NCBI GenBank assembly: GCA_965277105.1
Contig: OZ255710.1
Location: 875,236 to 939,235 of the forward strand
DNA: 64,000 nt
DNA from: Spirochaetota bacterium
Lineage (GTDB): Bacteria; Spirochaetota; UBA12135; COTS27; CAXSBA01
Direction of reading: 5' to 3'
The notes beneath the pieces were generated by a model, which was not told where the DNA came from, did no database searches, and was given only the letters and a program-made list of their open reading frames with translations. Below are positions 61,840 to 64,000 of this stretch, in pieces. How positions within the stretch are numbered: the first letter of the stretch is position 1; every line of letters starts with the position of its first letter. A program made the position numbers and the translations under genes.

Positions 61840-62763
61840 CTAATGTTTATTTCTTTTTATTTTAATCACCACGCTGAAAAAAATAATAATAAACGTAAGA
61901 TAAATAAGAAACAATGACAAAGCAGCCCCCAAAGGCCAGTCATTCGCGCTTTTGAACTGCCTTTCGATAAGATTAGCAATCATACTACTATCTTTACCAC
62001 CTAGTAAATCCGGAACCAAAAAAGAACCCAAAACTGGAACAAAAGTTATCACAATACCATTTTTTATTCCCTTGTGAATGAAAGGGAGGACAACTAAAAA
62101 TAATGTTTTAACATACCCCGCACCCAAATCAAAACTTGCTTCCACATAGCTAAAATCAAGCCTATCTAAAGCAGAAAAAATAGGAAAAACCATAAAGGGC
62201 AAATAAACATATACCAAACCTAAAACCACCCCCCCATCAGTATATAAAATCTGCCAAGGAGTAAAAAGCCAATCTTCGGTATTAACCCCTAACTGGCTGA
62301 TCACATAGGTCATACCATTCCAGATTTTTTCCAAAAAAAAATTAACATAACCCCTTTCACGAAAAATAGCAATTAAAGCATACGTTCGAATAAGCATATT
62401 AGTCCAAAAAGGTAAGGTAAGTAGAAACAGTAAAAAAATTTTGGCATATTTATTGAGCGAGATAAGGTACAGGGAAATTAAAACTCCTAGAACCAAGCAA
62501 ATAAAAGTAGTGCTAAAAGCAAAAAAAAGTGATTTTAAAAAAATTTTAAGGTAGACAAGGTTAAAGGACTTTTGGTAATTAACCCAATTCCAGGTGGTTT
62601 TTATCTCTAAAATGCCTTGATTTTCACTGAAACTATAAGAAAAAATAATGAGAAGAGGAACGAAAAGAAAAATAGCTAACCAAAAAATTGGAACTCCGTA
62701 AACAACGTAATTAAAAACAGAGTATTTTTTATTTTTTATAATTCGATTAAAGTAGTGTAACAA
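61840..62763 (-). CDS. potB: Polyamine ABC transporter permease (PotB/PotH)
   Basis: LPFWTNMLIRTYA, YLPFM, EASFDLGA, PDLLGG, DWPLGAA. Confidence 0.85.
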   Translation of the reverse strand: MLHYFNRIIKNKKYSVFNYVVYGVPIFWLAIFLFVPLLIIFSYSFSENQGILEIKTTWNWVNYQKSFNLVYLKIFLKSLFFAFSTTFICLVLGVLISLYLISLNKYAKIFLLFLLTLPFWTNMLIRTYALIAIFRERGYVNFFLEKIWNGMTYVISQLGVNTEDWLFTPWQILYTDGGVVLGLVYVYLPFMVFPIFSALDRLDFSYVEASFDLGAGYVKTLFLVVLPFIHKGIKNGIVITFVPVLGSFLVPDLLGGKDSSMIANLIERQFKSANDWPLGAALSLFLIYLTFIIIFFSVVIKIKRNKH

Positions 62764-62881
62764 CGCTAAGTCATAAAATATTTATAGAAAATCTTTTAAA
62801 GAAAATTATAATATATTTTTTTACAACTCCCGGTTTTTTTCTTATAATAAATATTCCTCGTATAATATAATTTTTAATGAC

Positions 62882-64000
62882 ATGTTTAAAACTGATTATT
62901 TGAAAAATCGCTTCTTTGGTAACTATGGCGGACGATATATGCCTGAATTACTCATCCCAGCTTTAGAAGAAGTTGAAAAAAATTATCTGCAAGCTAAAAA
63001 AGATCCCGAATTTCAAAAAAGAGTCAATGCCCTACTCCAAGAGTATGCTGGTAGGCCTACGCCACTTTATTACGCTGCTAATTTAACTAAACGGCTAGGA
63101 GGAGCGAAAATCTATTTAAAAAACGAAAGCTTGCTTTTAACCGGAGCCCATAAGATTAATAATGTTATTGGGCAGATGGTACTAATGGAAAAGATGAACA
63201 AAAAAGAAGCCATCGCTGAAACCGGAGCAGGGCAACACGGCTTAGCCACTGCCACTGTCGCCGCTAAACTAGGGTACCTCTGCCGAATATTTATGGGAAG
63301 CATTGACGTCAAAAGACAATACCCTAATGTTTATCAAATGAAACTTTTACAAGCCAAGCTAGTGCCAGTAGAAGAAGGACAGAAAACCTTGAAAGACGCT
63401 ATCAACAAAACTTTAAAATACTGGGTAGAAAATCTAACCACCGCCCATTACATTATTGGCTCGGCCTTAGGGCCTTTCCCCTACCCTCTAATGGTTCGCG
63501 ATTTTCAGTCAGTTATTGGCCGAGAAGTAAAAAAACAAATTCTCCAAAGAGAAAAAAAACTACCTGATGTGATCCTTGCTTGCGTGGGGGGAGGATCTAA
63601 TTCACTAGGGATCTTTTACCCTTTTTTAAAAGACGATGAAGTCAAACTAATCGGAGTAGAAGCTGGTGGGGAAGGGATAAACTCTGGGAAACATGCTAGC
63701 CGTTTTTTGGACAAAAAAAGTAGTAAGGTAGGAGTAGTCCAGGGATACAAATCGTACTTTATGCAGAATCAAGATGGGCAAATTAGCGAAACTCACTCCA
63801 TTTCCGCTGGGCTAGACTATCCAGGGATTGCCCCCGAACTAGCCTACCTTTACGATAAAAAGCGGGTGCAGTTTATAAGTGCTAGCGACCAAGAGACTTT
63901 AGAAGGATTTAAAATGCTAGCAGAGTACGAAGGAATTTTCCCTGCTTTAGAAACCGCTCACGCCTTAGGAGCGGTAAAAAAAATAGCCCCTAAAATGAGT
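62882..64000 (+). CDS. trpB: Tryptophan synthase beta chain, 3'-truncated by window edge
   Basis: Not in the ORF track. ATG at 62882; FGNYGGRYMPE, GRPTPL, TGAHKINN, AETGAGQHG, CVGGGSN, HSISAGLDYPG, PALETAHA. Confidence 0.95.
   Translation, partial: MFKTDYLKNRFFGNYGGRYMPELLIPALEEVEKNYLQAKKDPEFQKRVNALLQEYAGRPTPLYYAANLTKRLGGAKIYLKNESLLLTGAHKINNVIGQMVLMEKMNKKEAIAETGAGQHGLATATVAAKLGYLCRIFMGSIDVKRQYPNVYQMKLLQAKLVPVEEGQKTLKDAINKTLKYWVENLTTAHYIIGSALGPFPYPLMVRDFQSVIGREVKKQILQREKKLPDVILACVGGGSNSLGIFYPFLKDDEVKLIGVEAGGEGINSGKHASRFLDKKSSKVGVVQGYKSYFMQNQDGQISETHSISAGLDYPGIAPELAYLYDKKRVQFISASDQETLEGFKMLAEYEGIFPALETAHALGAVKKIAPKMS

Noticed and set aside
1489-63312. Short antisense or out-of-frame ORFs in the track (e.g. 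1489..1743, 24436..24774, 29027..29338, 42036..42443, 52144..52509, 63112..63312)
   Set aside because: They lie within or mostly within well-supported genes, lack motifs, and look like shadow ORFs.
1-64000. tRNA, rRNA, CRISPR arrays, IS elements, prophage genes
   Set aside because: None seen. Intergenic gaps are short and AT-rich, and no ORF has transposase, integrase, cas or phage structural motifs. Manual reading could miss small RNAs.

Overview
A 64-kb, AT-rich (roughly 30-33% GC by eye, not computed), gene-dense bacterial chromosome segment. Several signatures point to Spirochaetota (inference): NusA with a C-terminal CxxC-CxxC ribbon, a clade-X ATP-PFK, a Maf/DUF115 protein and an SH3-like lipoprotein. 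It carries housekeeping genes (ftsI-like PBP, pfk, hemF, xseB, recA, clpB, korAB, tpiA, nusA-infB-rbfA, metE-metF, ribD, serA-serB, trpB) and three modules for using organic solutes. The first is a myo-inositol operon (ABC-iolB-iolC/DUF2090-iolD-[2-gene insert]-iolE-iolC2). The second is a taurine desulfonation cluster (ald-xsc-omega-aminotransferase-[DUF2061-cysH]-tauABC). The third is a polyamine ABC transporter. I found no rRNA, tRNA, CRISPR array or transposase. The most unusual observations are: (1) a DUF2061 plus Fe-S-less CysH pair inside the taurine cluster, which has no recognisable sulfite exporter or oxidase; (2) a HisF whose catalytic Asp130 is Gln while Asn103 is Asp, directly after an orphan LarE that sits where truB usually is; (3) a doubly broken GIY-YIG/DUF4357 gene and a membrane-protein gene with its own promoter, both inserted in the iol operon. 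All family calls come from motif recognition and memory, not database searches.
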